Positions 1-9,946 of a stretch of DNA of 64,000 bases are shown here, one piece after another. The notes beneath the pieces were generated by a model. The model was not told where the DNA came from, made no database searches, and worked only from the letters and a program-made list of their open reading frames with translations. The stretch comes from an uncultured Bacteroidota bacterium (GTDB lineage: Bacteria > Bacteroidota > Bacteroidia > AKYH767-A > 2013-40CM-41-45): NCBI GenBank assembly GCA_963775555.1, contig CAVZJJ010000004.1, positions 408,420 to 472,419 on the forward strand, in the 5' to 3' direction. The position numbers and the translations under genes are program-made. Positions within the stretch are counted from its first letter, which is position 1, and each line of letters begins with the position of its first letter.

Positions 1-1
1 T

Positions 2-814
2 TTGCTCTCGTACCTGGTGCGTGAATCATCGTGGTGGATTGTGGTGTTGGTTGCCTATGGAGTAGGAGCATTTTTTAATCACGCTTTGTTCGTGATGATT
101 CATGAATGTTCTCATAACCTCTTATATAAAGGTAAGACGGGAAACTACCTGGCTTCGATCCTGTCAAATCTTCCTCATACCTTCCCCAGTGCTGTATCAT
201 TCACCCGATATCATCTGATGCACCATTCATGGCAAGGACATCACGAATGGGATGCTGACTTGCCCGATTTCTGGGAAGCCCGTGTTTTTGGGAATAATTT
301 TTTCAGTAAGGCACTCTGGCTTCTGCTTTTTCCTTTCTTTCAGGTAGGAAGGACACTCCGTATGAAAGATATAAAGCCGATTGATGGCTGGATCGTTTTT
401 AACTGGGTGATACAGATTTCATTCAACGTAGCTATCTGGATGCTGTGGGGGCCCAAAGCATTTTTCTTCCTCATGATCAGTTTCTTTTTCTCTGTGGGTT
501 TGCACCCGCTTGGAGCCCGGTGGGTACAGGAGCATTTTCTAACACTTGATCCTGAACAGGAAACTTATAGTTATTACGGACCATTAAACATCGTTGCTTT
601 TAATGTAGGCTACCACAATGAACATCACGATTTTCCTTCAATTCCTTGGAATAAATTACCTGAGTTGAAGAGAACTGCACCTGATTTTTACCATTCATTA
701 AAATCCCACAGATCCTGGACGCTTTTGTTCCTTCGGTTTCTCTTCGATAATAAGATCACTTTGCACTCGAGAATGATGAGGGATGAAAAAAGCATCAGGA
801 AAGAATCGAAGTAG
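2..814 (+). CDS. sphingolipid delta-4 desaturase-like membrane desaturase (DEGS/Des1 family), 5' end outside window
   Basis: Open from the window edge. Three histidine boxes are present: [19 protein letters not shown]. The segment [34 protein letters not shown] matches animal dihydroceramide desaturase DEGS1 from memory. Confidence 0.8.
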   Translation: [270 protein letters not shown]

Positions 815-1003
815 GCCTGAGTGCTTATTCGGGATTGGGTGACATCCCAAAGCTGTTTTGTAGCAGCATTATTTTGTTCAAAACTTTAAATTTTTTTCGG
901 GACTTTTTGAGTTCTACCTTATTATTTCGTTGTCATATTCATGTGTTGAATCAATTGAAATTTCGCGTTTATTCAGCATAAAACAAGAATAAATATCATT
1001 CAT

Positions 1004-2318
1004 ATGGGAACAAGTTTTGAAGTAACAGGTGGCATTGAATTAAGCGGGGAATTGGTTCCACAAGGTGCAAAAAATGAAGCCTTACAGATCATTTGCGCCA
1101 CCTTGTTAACTCCTGAGAAAGTATATCTCCGCAACATACCCGACATCCGCGATGTAAATAAGTTGATAGAGTTGCTCCAGCTCATGGGAGTGGAGGTGGA
1201 ACAAACCGGCGTTTTGAAAGGAGAGTTTGTTTTTCAGGCAAAAAATATTCGTCTTGATTTTCTGGATTCAAAGGAATTTAAGCAACAGGCTGCAGCGCTC
1301 AGAGGATCCATCATGATTGTTGGACCTCTATTGGCTCGGTTTGGGAAAGCAAGCATCCCCAAGCCGGGTGGGGATAAAATTGGCCGCCGACGTCTGGACA
1401 CACACTTTATCGGTTTCCAGAATTTAGGAGCGAAATTTATTTTCAATGATCAGGATAGTTATTATACCGTCGAAGCTAAAAAATTGAAAGGAAGCTATAT
1501 GCTCCTCGATGAGGCTTCAGTTACCGGAACAGCTAACATCGTAATGGCGGCCTCGCTTGCTGAGGGTACTACTACCATTTATAATGCTGCATGTGAACCT
1601 TATCTTCAGCAATTGTGCAAGATGTTAAACAGGATGGGTGCCAAAATTACCGGTATCGGTTCCAACCTCTTATCCATTGAAGGTGTGAGTAGCTTAAAAG
1701 GTACAGAACATAAATTGTTGCCGGACATGATTGAAATCGGATCTTTCATTGGTCTGGCCGCCATGACAAAGTCGGAAATCACAATTAAAGAAGTTGGATA
1801 CGAGCATTTGGGTGTCATACCGGATGTATTCCGGAGAATGGGTATCCAGATGGAGCTGAGGGGTGATGATCTTTATATCCCACGGCAGGAGAGTTATGAG
1901 ATCGATACGTTTATCGACGGTTCTATTCTGACCGTAGCCGATGCCATCTGGCCGGGTTTCACTCCGGATTTGCTGAGTGTTGTTCTGGTAACAGCAACGC
2001 AGGCAGCAGGTACTGTGCTCATTCATCAGAAAATGTTTGAAAGCCGTTTGTTTTTTGTGGACAAATTGATTGATATGGGAGCTCAGATCATTCTTTGCGA
2101 CCCGCATAGGGCTACTGTTATTGGTCTGAATAGAAAAGTGCCGTTGAAGGCCATTCAGATGACATCTCCCGATATACGTGCAGGGGTGGCTCTACTTGAT
2201 TGCTGCCATGTCAGCAAAGGGTAAAAGCGTGATTCACAATATCGAACAGATCGATCGTGGTTATCAACGTATCGACGAACGCCTTAATGCTATCGGTGCA
2301 AGTATTCAAAGGGTTTGA
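1004..2318 (+). CDS. murA: UDP-N-acetylglucosamine 1-carboxyvinyltransferase, one frame break near 2200
   Basis: Typical MurA sequence throughout (GGIELSGELVPQGAKNEAL, KPGGDKIGRRRLDTH). The ORF 1004-2224 stops early. The conserved C-terminus AAMSAKGKSVIHNIEQIDRGYQRIDERLNAIGASIQRV continues in the next frame to TGA 2316-2318. Confidence 0.9.
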
Positions 2319-2554
2319 TAATCAGCTTTTTTGAACGAAAATCGGGGTTAAAAAAAAGGATTAATAGAACCGTAATCATTATTTAATTGTAAAGGGCTAG
2401 AGTTTTAAACGTTTTGAGGCCCATGTCATAAAAACCGCCTCCAGGGATTATGACGAAATTTAAATCAACTGAACATTCATCCGGGTAAAACTGTTGTATC
2501 CGGACATCTATCGGATGGCAAGTGCTGAGTCTGTTTAATTTAAATTGAAACTAC

Positions 2555-2562
2555 TATATTTG
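2555..2562 (+). promoter_or_regulatory. Bacteroidota-type -7 box TATATTTG
   Basis: Matches TAnnTTTG about 50 nt upstream of the ATG at 2614. Confidence 0.35.
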
Positions 2563-2613
2563 CTTCATTCCTGGCAGAATTATTGCATAAAGCGACAAAA
2601 AAACTTAGAAATA

Positions 2614-3153
2614 ATGAAAAAAGCGACAGTTATCATTGTGGCAATCTTGGGGAGCATTTACTCATCCCTGGCACAAGCATCAAAGACCGGAGGGAAGGCG
2701 GTTCAAGGTTTGGAAATCGGGAATATAGCTCCCGAATTAAATATGCAAAACCCGGAAGGGAAAATGCTTGCGCTTTCATCACTGCGTGGAAAAATTGTGC
2801 TGGTCGACTTTTGGGCTTCATGGTGCGGACCATGCCGGATGGAGAATCCACGCGTAGTAAGTGCATTTCACAAGTATAAAAACGCCAAATATAAAAACGC
2901 AAAAGAGTTTACTATTTACAGTGTTTCATTGGATAAGGCAAAAGATGCCTGGATTGCAGCTATTGTTAAGGACAAATTGGACTGGCCCAGTCATGTTAGT
3001 GACTTGAAATGGTGGTATTCAGATGCTGCAAAAATTTATGGGGTTCAGGGAATTCCAACTAACTGGTTAATTGATGATAAAGGAATAATTGTGGCTAAAA
3101 ACTTAAGGGGTGCTACTTTGGAAGAAGAGCTTGAAAAGCTCGTAGTAAAATAA
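2614..3153 (+). CDS. TlpA/ResA-like thiol-disulfide oxidoreductase (thioredoxin fold), exported
   Basis: WASWCGPC active-site motif. Signal-like N-terminus MKKATVIIVAILGSIYSSLA starts from the internal ATG at 2614. The upstream part of ORF 2545-3153 looks non-coding. Confidence 0.8.
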   Translation: MKKATVIIVAILGSIYSSLAQASKTGGKAVQGLEIGNIAPELNMQNPEGKMLALSSLRGKIVLVDFWASWCGPCRMENPRVVSAFHKYKNAKYKNAKEFTIYSVSLDKAKDAWIAAIVKDKLDWPSHVSDLKWWYSDAAKIYGVQGIPTNWLIDDKGIIVAKNLRGATLEEELEKLVVK

Positions 3154-3180
3154 TTCTTGATTTAAAAATTTATGCTGAAA

Positions 3181-3210
3181 ACAGAAGGACCCGGTTCTTC
3201 TGTTTTTTTA
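3181..3210 (+). terminator. rho-independent terminator
   Basis: Stem ACAGAAG/CTTCTGT followed by a T7 run, directly after the stop at 3153. Confidence 0.7.
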
Positions 3211-3311
3211 TTTATATTCTGACAATTTGACTTTATTTGTCCACTTGGCAAAATCATTGAGTGATGGGATTTTCATTGAAAAACAAGAAAAAAAACAGAA
3301 ATCAGAAGGAT

Positions 3312-3900
3312 ATGAAACATAAAGAAGATGCCAAGACTTGGCCGGAGAAGGATGAGGCGGCTGGAAATGAAGAAAACGAAGCTAATTCTGAAATGAACTT
3401 CTCCTCCGAGGAGGAACTATGCTCTGCCTGATGCCGAAAGTGCTGAAGCCGATCCTTTGGTAAAAATGGAAGTGGAGCTGTCGGAATACAAGGACAAATA
3501 TCTTCGATTGTATTCAGAATTTGACAATTATAAAAAGAGGGTAATAAGGGAACGCAGTGAGCAAATAAAATTTGCAGCAGTGGATACTTACCTCACGTTT
3601 CTTCCGGTGATTGATGATTTTGAGCGTGCACAAAAATCCCTCAGCGAAGCAAAAGAGATTGATTCTGTTCGCCAGGGCATTCAACTTATTTATCAAAAAT
3701 TAATTTCTATCACTGAGTCAAAAGGATTGAAACCGATGATTTCAATGGGTACACCTTTTGATCCGGAGTTGCATGATGCAATTTCTAACATTCCTGCTCC
3801 TTCTGAAGATATGAAAGGAATGGTAATAGATGAAATTGAAAAAGGATATTTCCTGAATGACAGGGTGATTCGTCATGCAAAAGTGATCGTTGGCAAATAA
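3312..3900 (+). CDS. grpE: nucleotide exchange factor GrpE, probable frame break near 3425
   Basis: The core is in ORF 3457-3900 (YLRLYSEFDNYKKRVIRE, DPELHDAIS). An acidic N-terminal segment from ATG 3312 (MKHKEDAKTWPEKDEAAGNEENE) is in another frame and joins after one indel. The 5' end is uncertain. Confidence 0.75.
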
Positions 3901-3966
3901 TAATTAGCAAATCAGGGATGGGCCATCTTTTTTGGACTCTCCGGTGAAAGATAATCAGTAAGCAAT

Positions 3967-5119
3967 ATGTCCAAAAGAGATTATTACGAAGTACTAGGAG
4001 TTCAGAGGGAAGCGGATGCAGGTGAAATAAAAAAGGCATATCGACAGATGGCTTTGAAATTTCATCCTGATAAAAATCCGGGAGATAAAGCTGCAGAAGA
4101 TAAATTCAAGGAAGCGGCAGAAGCATACGAAGTACTTAGCAATGCTGAAAAACGTCAGCGCTACAATCAGTTTGGACATCAGGGAATAGGGAACAATGGC
4201 GGATTCAGTGGTGGCGGAATGAATATGGAAGATATCTTCTCTCATTTCGGAGATATTTTTGGTGAAGGAAGTCCGTTTGAAAGTTTTTTCGGAGCCGGCG
4301 GAGGTCGTGGTGGAAGAAGGGTGAATCGCGGAACCAATTTACGGATCAAAGTCAAACTGACCCTTGAAGAAATTGGAAATGGTGTCGAGAAAAAACTAAA
4401 AGTAAATAAGCACATCTCTTGCAAATCATGCAATGGAAGTGGAGCACAGGACGGAGGTGCTTTTCATCGTTGTACTACTTGTGCAGGCAGTGGACAAGTT
4501 CATCGTGTCACCAATACTTTCATCGGCCAGATGCGGACTTCTGCGACTTGTCCGGCTTGTCATGGTGAAGGTCAGATGATAGAACATAAATGTAAAACCT
4601 GTCATGGTTCCGGTGTTGAGCGAAGTGAAGAAGTTATTTCAATTAACATTCCGGCAGGAGTAGGAGAAGGAATGCAATTAACAGTGAGCGGAAAAGGAAA
4701 TGCTGCTGAACGCGGCGGTGTTCCGGGAGATCTTTTCGTGGTCATTGAAGAAGAAAAACATGCTTATCTGCAACGAGATGGAAATCAATTACTCTATGAT
4801 CTCTATCTCAATTTTGCAGATGCCGCATTGGGTACAACGGTTGAAATTCCTACAATCGGCGGGAAAGCCAAAGTAAAAATCGATCCCGGTACACAGGCAG
4901 GCAAGGTGCTTGCGTCTAAAAGGAAAAGGTTTACCATCCGTGCAGGGTTATGGTCGTGGTGATTTGTTGGTCAATATCAATGTGTGGACACCGCAGCATT
5001 TATCTGCAGAGGAGAAAAAGATGATGGAAAAATTCCGCGATGCGGCAAATTTTAAACCCAATCCAGGAAAAGGAGATAAAAGTTTTTATGATAAGATGAA
5101 GGAATTTTTCCATAACTGA
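3967..5119 (+). CDS. dnaJ: molecular chaperone DnaJ, one frame break near 4912
   Basis: J domain with HPD ([10 protein letters not shown]), a Gly/Phe-rich region and four CxxCxG zinc-finger repeats. The C-terminus ([26 protein letters not shown]) is in ORF 4910-5119. An extra base is visible in CTTGCGTC. Confidence 0.9.
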
Positions 5120-5140
5120 TTCCTCCAAAAGAATTATCTT

Positions 5141-5166
5141 ACCCCGGAATTCCCGGGGTTTTTTTA
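5141..5166 (+). terminator. rho-independent terminator
   Basis: ACCCCGG AATT CCGGGGT hairpin followed by a T7 run after the dnaJ stop. Confidence 0.75.
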
Positions 5167-5187
5167 TTTTTGATTTAAAGAGTGCTT

Positions 5188-6123
5188 ATGAATATTCTTG
5201 AAATAAATGAGGTCTCCAAAGCCTATGCATCTCAGCTGGCCCTGAACAAGGTCACCCTTCATGTTCCGGCTCAAAGCGTATATGGTTTACTTGGACCCAA
5301 TGGAGCAGGAAAAACATCCTTGATCCGTATCATCACTCAGATCACAGCACCGGATGAAGGTGAAATTCTTTTTGGAGGAAAACCATTGAGGGCTGAGGAT
5401 ATCAATCGTATGGGATATCTTCCTGAAGAAAGAGGCCTGTATAAAAAGATGGAAGTGGGCGAGCAGGCCTTGTACCTCGCACGCTTGAAAGGACTTTCAA
5501 GAGCAGAGGCATTGAAAAAATTGAAGTTCTGGTTTGAGAAATTTGAAATACAGGGATGGTGGAAGAAGAAAGTGGAAGAACTTTCAAAGGGGATGGCTCA
5601 GAAGGTTCAATTCATCACCACGGTATTGCATGAGCCGGAGTTTTTAATCCTGGATGAACCCTTCACAGGCTTCGATCCAATCAATGCCGAACTTATTAAA
5701 AATGAACTGCTGGAGTTCAGCAATAAAGGAACAACAATTGTCCTTTCGACACATCGAATGGAAAGTGTGGAAGAACTGTGCAGCCACATTGCACTTATTA
5801 ATCAGGCCAAGGTAATTCTTGAAGGTTCGGTGAAGGAAATACGGAAGCAAAATAAAAGCAATACCTATGAAATTCAGTATACAGGAAACCGGATTGCCTT
5901 TACTCATGCTTTATGGACCGGATTTGAGCTGATAGATCTGAAAGAAGATCCGGAGCATAATATCGCCCGTGTGAAAATTCTTGGGGATCATTCTCCCAAT
6001 GATTTACTTTCAACACTGCTTCCGCAGGTTCAGGTTTTGGGCTTGAAGGAAATCATTCCAAGCATGAACGATATATTCATTCAGAAAGTAAACGAATCCA
6101 TTTCATCATTGGCAACCGCCTAG
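5188..6123 (+). CDS. ABC transporter ATP-binding protein (ABC-2 exporter type)
   Basis: Walker A GPNGAGKTS, signature LSKGMAQK, Walker B LILDEP. The ATG at 5188 is preferred over the GTG at 5182. Confidence 0.85.
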   Translation: MNILEINEVSKAYASQLALNKVTLHVPAQSVYGLLGPNGAGKTSLIRIITQITAPDEGEILFGGKPLRAEDINRMGYLPEERGLYKKMEVGEQALYLARLKGLSRAEALKKLKFWFEKFEIQGWWKKKVEELSKGMAQKVQFITTVLHEPEFLILDEPFTGFDPINAELIKNELLEFSNKGTTIVLSTHRMESVEELCSHIALINQAKVILEGSVKEIRKQNKSNTYEIQYTGNRIAFTHALWTGFELIDLKEDPEHNIARVKILGDHSPNDLLSTLLPQVQVLGLKEIIPSMNDIFIQKVNESISSLATA

Positions 6124-6194
6124 TTTGAGATGATAATTCAATTGTAAAGTTGTTTGGAGGATAAATAATTTAGTCATTTTCAATTCTGTTTTCT

Positions 6195-7526
6195 ATGAAT
6201 AAAATATTACTGGTCATACAAAGAGAGTATCTCACACGGGTAAGAAAAAAGTCTTTCCTGATCATGACCATCCTGGGACCTTTATTGATGGGTTCCATTT
6301 TTGTAGCTACTTTGATGCTCGACAAGGTGGATACTGAGGTGAAAACAATTGCAGTAGTTGACAATACGCATATCTTCCAGGGAAAGTTTAAAGACAATGA
6401 GCGAATACGTTTTATATATCTTGATGGTCCTGTTGATTCTATCCGGAAGACAAGCAAAGTAGAGGGTATTTTTGGTTTACTCTATATTCCTGCTACGAGT
6501 AATTTGTCATTATTGGAGAAAGCTGTTGTGCTTTATTCGGAATCCCAACCCGGCATAGAAGTTATTTCAAAGATTAAATATACCCTTGAAAAGGAGATCA
6601 ACACGTCCAAATATCTGGAAGCAGGAATTGATGAAAAGAAACTTGCGCAAATAAAAACTGACGTGGAAATCCGTACACGCGATCTGGAAGACCAGGAAAC
6701 AAGTACCCCGCTTACTACAGGGTTGGGATTTGCAGGAGGATTGATGATCTACTTATTTATTTTCATTTACGGCGCCATGGTGATGCGTGGAGTGATGGAG
6801 GAGAAGACCAGTCGCATTGTGGAAGTGATTATCTCATCAGTAAAACCATTTCAATTGATGATGGGAAAGATTATCGGGGTAGCCCTGGTAGGTCTTACAC
6901 AGTTCATGCTATGGGTCGTACTTTCCGTTTTTGTTTATGCCGGTGTGTCGACCGTGATGCTCAACGGTAAGTCCGATCAGGAAAAGATTGAGACCATGAT
7001 GAAAGCAAATCCGGGTATTCAAAATCAGATAAATCTCGGAGAATCGGCTGTCGCGGGGCCTGAAGGGAAAACAGATCACCTGATGAATATGCTTGGAAGT
7101 GTAAATTTCCCTTTGATCATTGGCATGTTCATTTTTTATTTTCTGGGTGGATATCTTTTGTATAGCGCATTATTTGCGGCAGTTGGAGCAGCAGTGGACT
7201 CTGAAACGGATACACAGCAATTCATGTTACCAATAACTATCCCACTGATACTTGCCTATATCGCAGCCATCAACGTGATCCAGAATCCGCAGGGGAATGT
7301 GGCCTTTTGGTTCTCGATCATTCCCTTTACTTCTCCAATTGTCATGATGGTGCGTATTCCTTTTGGTGTACCCATTACGCACATCGTGTTGTCCATGCTA
7401 TTATTAATTGCCGGATTCATTTTTACCACCTGGCTGGCATCTAAAATCTACAGAACCGGTATCCTTATGTATGGAAAGAAAGTGAGTTATAAGGAAATGT
7501 GGAAATGGATCCGCTATCACAATTAA
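6195..7526 (+). CDS. ABC-2 family transporter permease (NatB-like)
   Basis: N-terminal TM, a large extracytoplasmic loop, then about five C-terminal TM segments. It sits immediately downstream of the ATPase. Confidence 0.75.
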   Translation: MNKILLVIQREYLTRVRKKSFLIMTILGPLLMGSIFVATLMLDKVDTEVKTIAVVDNTHIFQGKFKDNERIRFIYLDGPVDSIRKTSKVEGIFGLLYIPATSNLSLLEKAVVLYSESQPGIEVISKIKYTLEKEINTSKYLEAGIDEKKLAQIKTDVEIRTRDLEDQETSTPLTTGLGFAGGLMIYLFIFIYGAMVMRGVMEEKTSRIVEVIISSVKPFQLMMGKIIGVALVGLTQFMLWVVLSVFVYAGVSTVMLNGKSDQEKIETMMKANPGIQNQINLGESAVAGPEGKTDHLMNMLGSVNFPLIIGMFIFYFLGGYLLYSALFAAVGAAVDSETDTQQFMLPITIPLILAYIAAINVIQNPQGNVAFWFSIIPFTSPIVMMVRIPFGVPITHIVLSMLLLIAGFIFTTWLASKIYRTGILMYGKKVSYKEMWKWIRYHN

Positions 7527-7571
7527 TAATTTTTATGATTTTCGAATATTCAAAAAATATTTTCAGAAGTA

Positions 7572-7599
7572 TTGACTTTAATTAATTTTATTATCTTTG
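7572..7599 (+). promoter_or_regulatory. Bacteroidota sigma-A promoter (TTG at -33, TATCTTTG at -7)
   Basis: TTG at 7572-7574 and TATCTTTG at 7592-7599, spacing 17 nt. The predicted start is near 7605, about 150 nt before the ATG at 7755. Confidence 0.5.
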
Positions 7600-7602
7600 T
7601 GC

Positions 7603-7690
7603 CATACATCAAGATTCACCGAAGGGTGAAACCAACCGAGCCGAGAGGCCACGGTGGTAAAGTGATGAGGGCCTTCCGCCAAAATAAAGA
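7603..7690 (+). ncRNA. candidate structured 5' leader or small RNA, class unknown
   Basis: GC-rich island in an AT-rich spacer. Hairpin TTCACC-GAAG-GGTGAA at 7615-7630. ACCAACCG (7631-7638) can pair with CGGTGGT (7652-7658). GAGGCC (7645-7650) can pair with GGCCTTC (7671-7677). I could not assign it to a known family. Confidence 0.25.
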
Positions 7691-7754
7691 GCAAAAACCC
7701 ACGCCATTTTTCTTGCTGTAATGAATTTAATATTAACCCTTAAATCATTACGCT

Positions 7755-8792
7755 ATGAAAAAAAAACCCGATTCAGAAGGTGCGCCTGTTTTTAAAAATT
7801 TCAGGCACTTAATCATCCATCCGACTACAAAAGAAGTGGATGAGATCAATGATTTCATTTTTAATTACTGCGCAAAAAGGTGGGCAGCAAATCATTCTTT
7901 TTTTCCTGTCCTGCGCTTAATTGAAGCGGATAAAATTTCCATCAAACTGTATTATGACGAACGGCACTCCAGTGATCACAGACAACTTGAAGAGTTGTCT
8001 GTAACCTGCTACAGGGAACTGATTGAGGGTTTTGATTATTCCACGTGTAACATAATCAGAATTCCATTTAGCGTCGAAATAAGCAAGGCAGAAATACTGA
8101 AATGCAATTCCATGAAAGAGCTTGAAAAAATATTTCTGGATTCGCTTAACGACCAAAGTTATGTAGGTTGCTTTTTGGGTGAGGGAGGGCTCACCATCGG
8201 AGCAGGCCGGGTGCCGAGGCAATTTGAGCTGTGGAATAGCCTCATAGAGCAAGGTTATCTTGAACCGGAATACGAAGAAAAGTGCAGAATCCGAAGGAAG
8301 AATGAATTAATGGCAATTAAGGAGAGCAAGCAAATTGAAATGGAAGAGGAAGAAAGAGAAAAGGAAAAGAATGAAAGAAATAGCATCCAAATTAAATTGG
8401 TTGAGCAGCCAACTACATTAGATGCTGAGGCAATTGACAATTTTTTCAAGGCGAATCATGCGAATGAATGGGCGATGAAAAAAGGATTTACTTCCACCTT
8501 TACTGACTATAAGGATGGGAAAATCTACTTTACTATACTTTCTAATCCTGATTTTACTATGGATGAATATGCCATCAGCAAATTCATCGCGGGGGAATAT
8601 AGAAATTGTGTGGATGTTCTTAAAGGAGCAAACACCTACGAGGCGATTCATTTTATACCTAAGGATCCGATGGAATTTAGAATAAAAGCTATTGCAATGT
8701 TTATACAGCAACGGTTTAACATTAAACCCTCATTGGTTTCACCAGATTTGTCCAATAATCCTGATTTTATACATAGCGGGCTTATTATTTAG
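7755..8792 (+). CDS. hypothetical protein with internal domain duplication and Glu/Lys-rich linker
   Basis: 345-aa ORF with no recognisable motif. The N-terminal segment (INDFIFNYCAKRWAANHSF ... IIRIPF) resembles the C-terminal segment (IDNFFKANHANEWAMKKGF ... AIHFIP). The central stretch is KQIEMEEEEREKEKNERN. Confidence 0.6.
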   Translation: MKKKPDSEGAPVFKNFRHLIIHPTTKEVDEINDFIFNYCAKRWAANHSFFPVLRLIEADKISIKLYYDERHSSDHRQLEELSVTCYRELIEGFDYSTCNIIRIPFSVEISKAEILKCNSMKELEKIFLDSLNDQSYVGCFLGEGGLTIGAGRVPRQFELWNSLIEQGYLEPEYEEKCRIRRKNELMAIKESKQIEMEEEEREKEKNERNSIQIKLVEQPTTLDAEAIDNFFKANHANEWAMKKGFTSTFTDYKDGKIYFTILSNPDFTMDEYAISKFIAGEYRNCVDVLKGANTYEAIHFIPKDPMEFRIKAIAMFIQQRFNIKPSLVSPDLSNNPDFIHSGLII

Positions 8793-8850
8793 CTGTCGGA
8801 ATATTAATTGTCATCTTTCATTTATTCACTTATATTTATTCATTCTTTGC

Positions 8851-9891
8851 ATGAAATCAGGAAATATCATGAATGCCCCGGAACCAATATTATTGCCTAA
8901 TCAAAGAATTGCCATCCTCGATTTGGGCACAAATACATTTCATTTACTCATAGCGGATGTGTATTCGAATCATACGTATAAAAAGATATTTAAGTCAAAG
9001 GTGGTTGTAAAATTGGGAGAAGGTGGCATTCATGATAATTTTATTGCAGAAGGTTCTTTTAATCGGGGAATTAATGCAATCCGGCATTATTCTGAAATTA
9101 TAAATAAGCATGCTGTTGACCAGGTGTATTCTTTCGCAACCTCTGCAATTCGCAGTGCCAGAAATGGTCCTGAATTTGTAAAAAGTGTTTTGGATGAGAC
9201 AGGAATAAAATTGAATGTAATTTCAGGTGAAGAAGAAGCCCGTCTTATCTACATGGGTGTAAGGCAGTGCATGAAAATGGATGACCGTCCTGCCTTGATT
9301 ATGGACATTGGTGGCGGGAGTACTGAATTTATCATAGCAGACAAGAACTCAATTTATGCCCGTCATAGTTTTAACATTGGAGCAGCCCGTTTATTAGGAA
9401 TGTTTCGTCCTTCTGACCCTGTTAGTAACCAGGAGATCCGAAAAATTGAATTATTTCTTGAAAAGCAATTGGCACCCTTGGATACTTCAATGAAAAAATT
9501 TAATGTTCAGCAGTTGATTGGATCCTCCGGTTCATTTGACACGTTTTCTGAAATGATTGGATATCGCTTCTATAACAAGAATGTGTTGAGCAATGTAAAT
9601 TGCTACTCCATTGAACTCAGCGATTACTGTGAGTTGCATGAAGTCTTGATCCATTCTAATGCGGAGCAGAGGAGAAGTATGAAAGGATTGATCAGAATGC
9701 GTGTTGATATGATTGTGCTGGCAAGTATTTGTACCCGTTTTGTATTGGAACGATACAGGCTTAATGAAATGGCACTTTCAAAATTCGCATTGAAGGAAGG
9801 TGCTTTGTGGGAAACTATTCATACTCTGCATCCTAAAAAGCCGAGGAAAGACCATCGTATCAGCGAAGGCAGTGGGCTTGTAAAGAGGTAA
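8851..9891 (+). CDS. Ppx/GppA family phosphatase (exopolyphosphatase / pppGpp phosphohydrolase)
   Basis: ASKHA-fold phosphate motifs IAILDLGTNTFHLLIADV and IMDIGGGSTEFI. The start is set at ATG 8851, since the upstream part of ORF 8692 overlaps the previous gene. Confidence 0.85.
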   Translation: MKSGNIMNAPEPILLPNQRIAILDLGTNTFHLLIADVYSNHTYKKIFKSKVVVKLGEGGIHDNFIAEGSFNRGINAIRHYSEIINKHAVDQVYSFATSAIRSARNGPEFVKSVLDETGIKLNVISGEEEARLIYMGVRQCMKMDDRPALIMDIGGGSTEFIIADKNSIYARHSFNIGAARLLGMFRPSDPVSNQEIRKIELFLEKQLAPLDTSMKKFNVQQLIGSSGSFDTFSEMIGYRFYNKNVLSNVNCYSIELSDYCELHEVLIHSNAEQRRSMKGLIRMRVDMIVLASICTRFVLERYRLNEMALSKFALKEGALWETIHTLHPKKPRKDHRISEGSGLVKR

Positions 9892-9946
9892 GGCTAAGGT
9901 GCTAATAATAAATATTCTGTTTTTACACCCTTCTGCAATTGTTGTT

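Noticed and set aside
7603-7690. Assignment of the structured leader to a known riboswitch (cobalamin-like GGTGAAACC / AGCCGAGAGGCC fragments) or to SRP/6S RNA
   Set aside because: Only short fragments resemble the B12 box. The element is far too short, lacks the other conserved cores, and the downstream gene is unrelated to cobalamin. No SRP domain IV or 6S features are present. It stays unclassified.
8692-8850. N-terminal extensions of ORFs given in the track (also 2545-2613, 24271-24459, 34849-34902, 60416-60454)
   Set aside because: The extensions overlap the preceding gene or promoter boxes, and their amino-acid sequence is non-protein-like. Internal ATGs give canonical N-termini, such as MNAPEP...LDLGTNTFH for Ppx and MVYITRKETFSAAHKL for PTPS.
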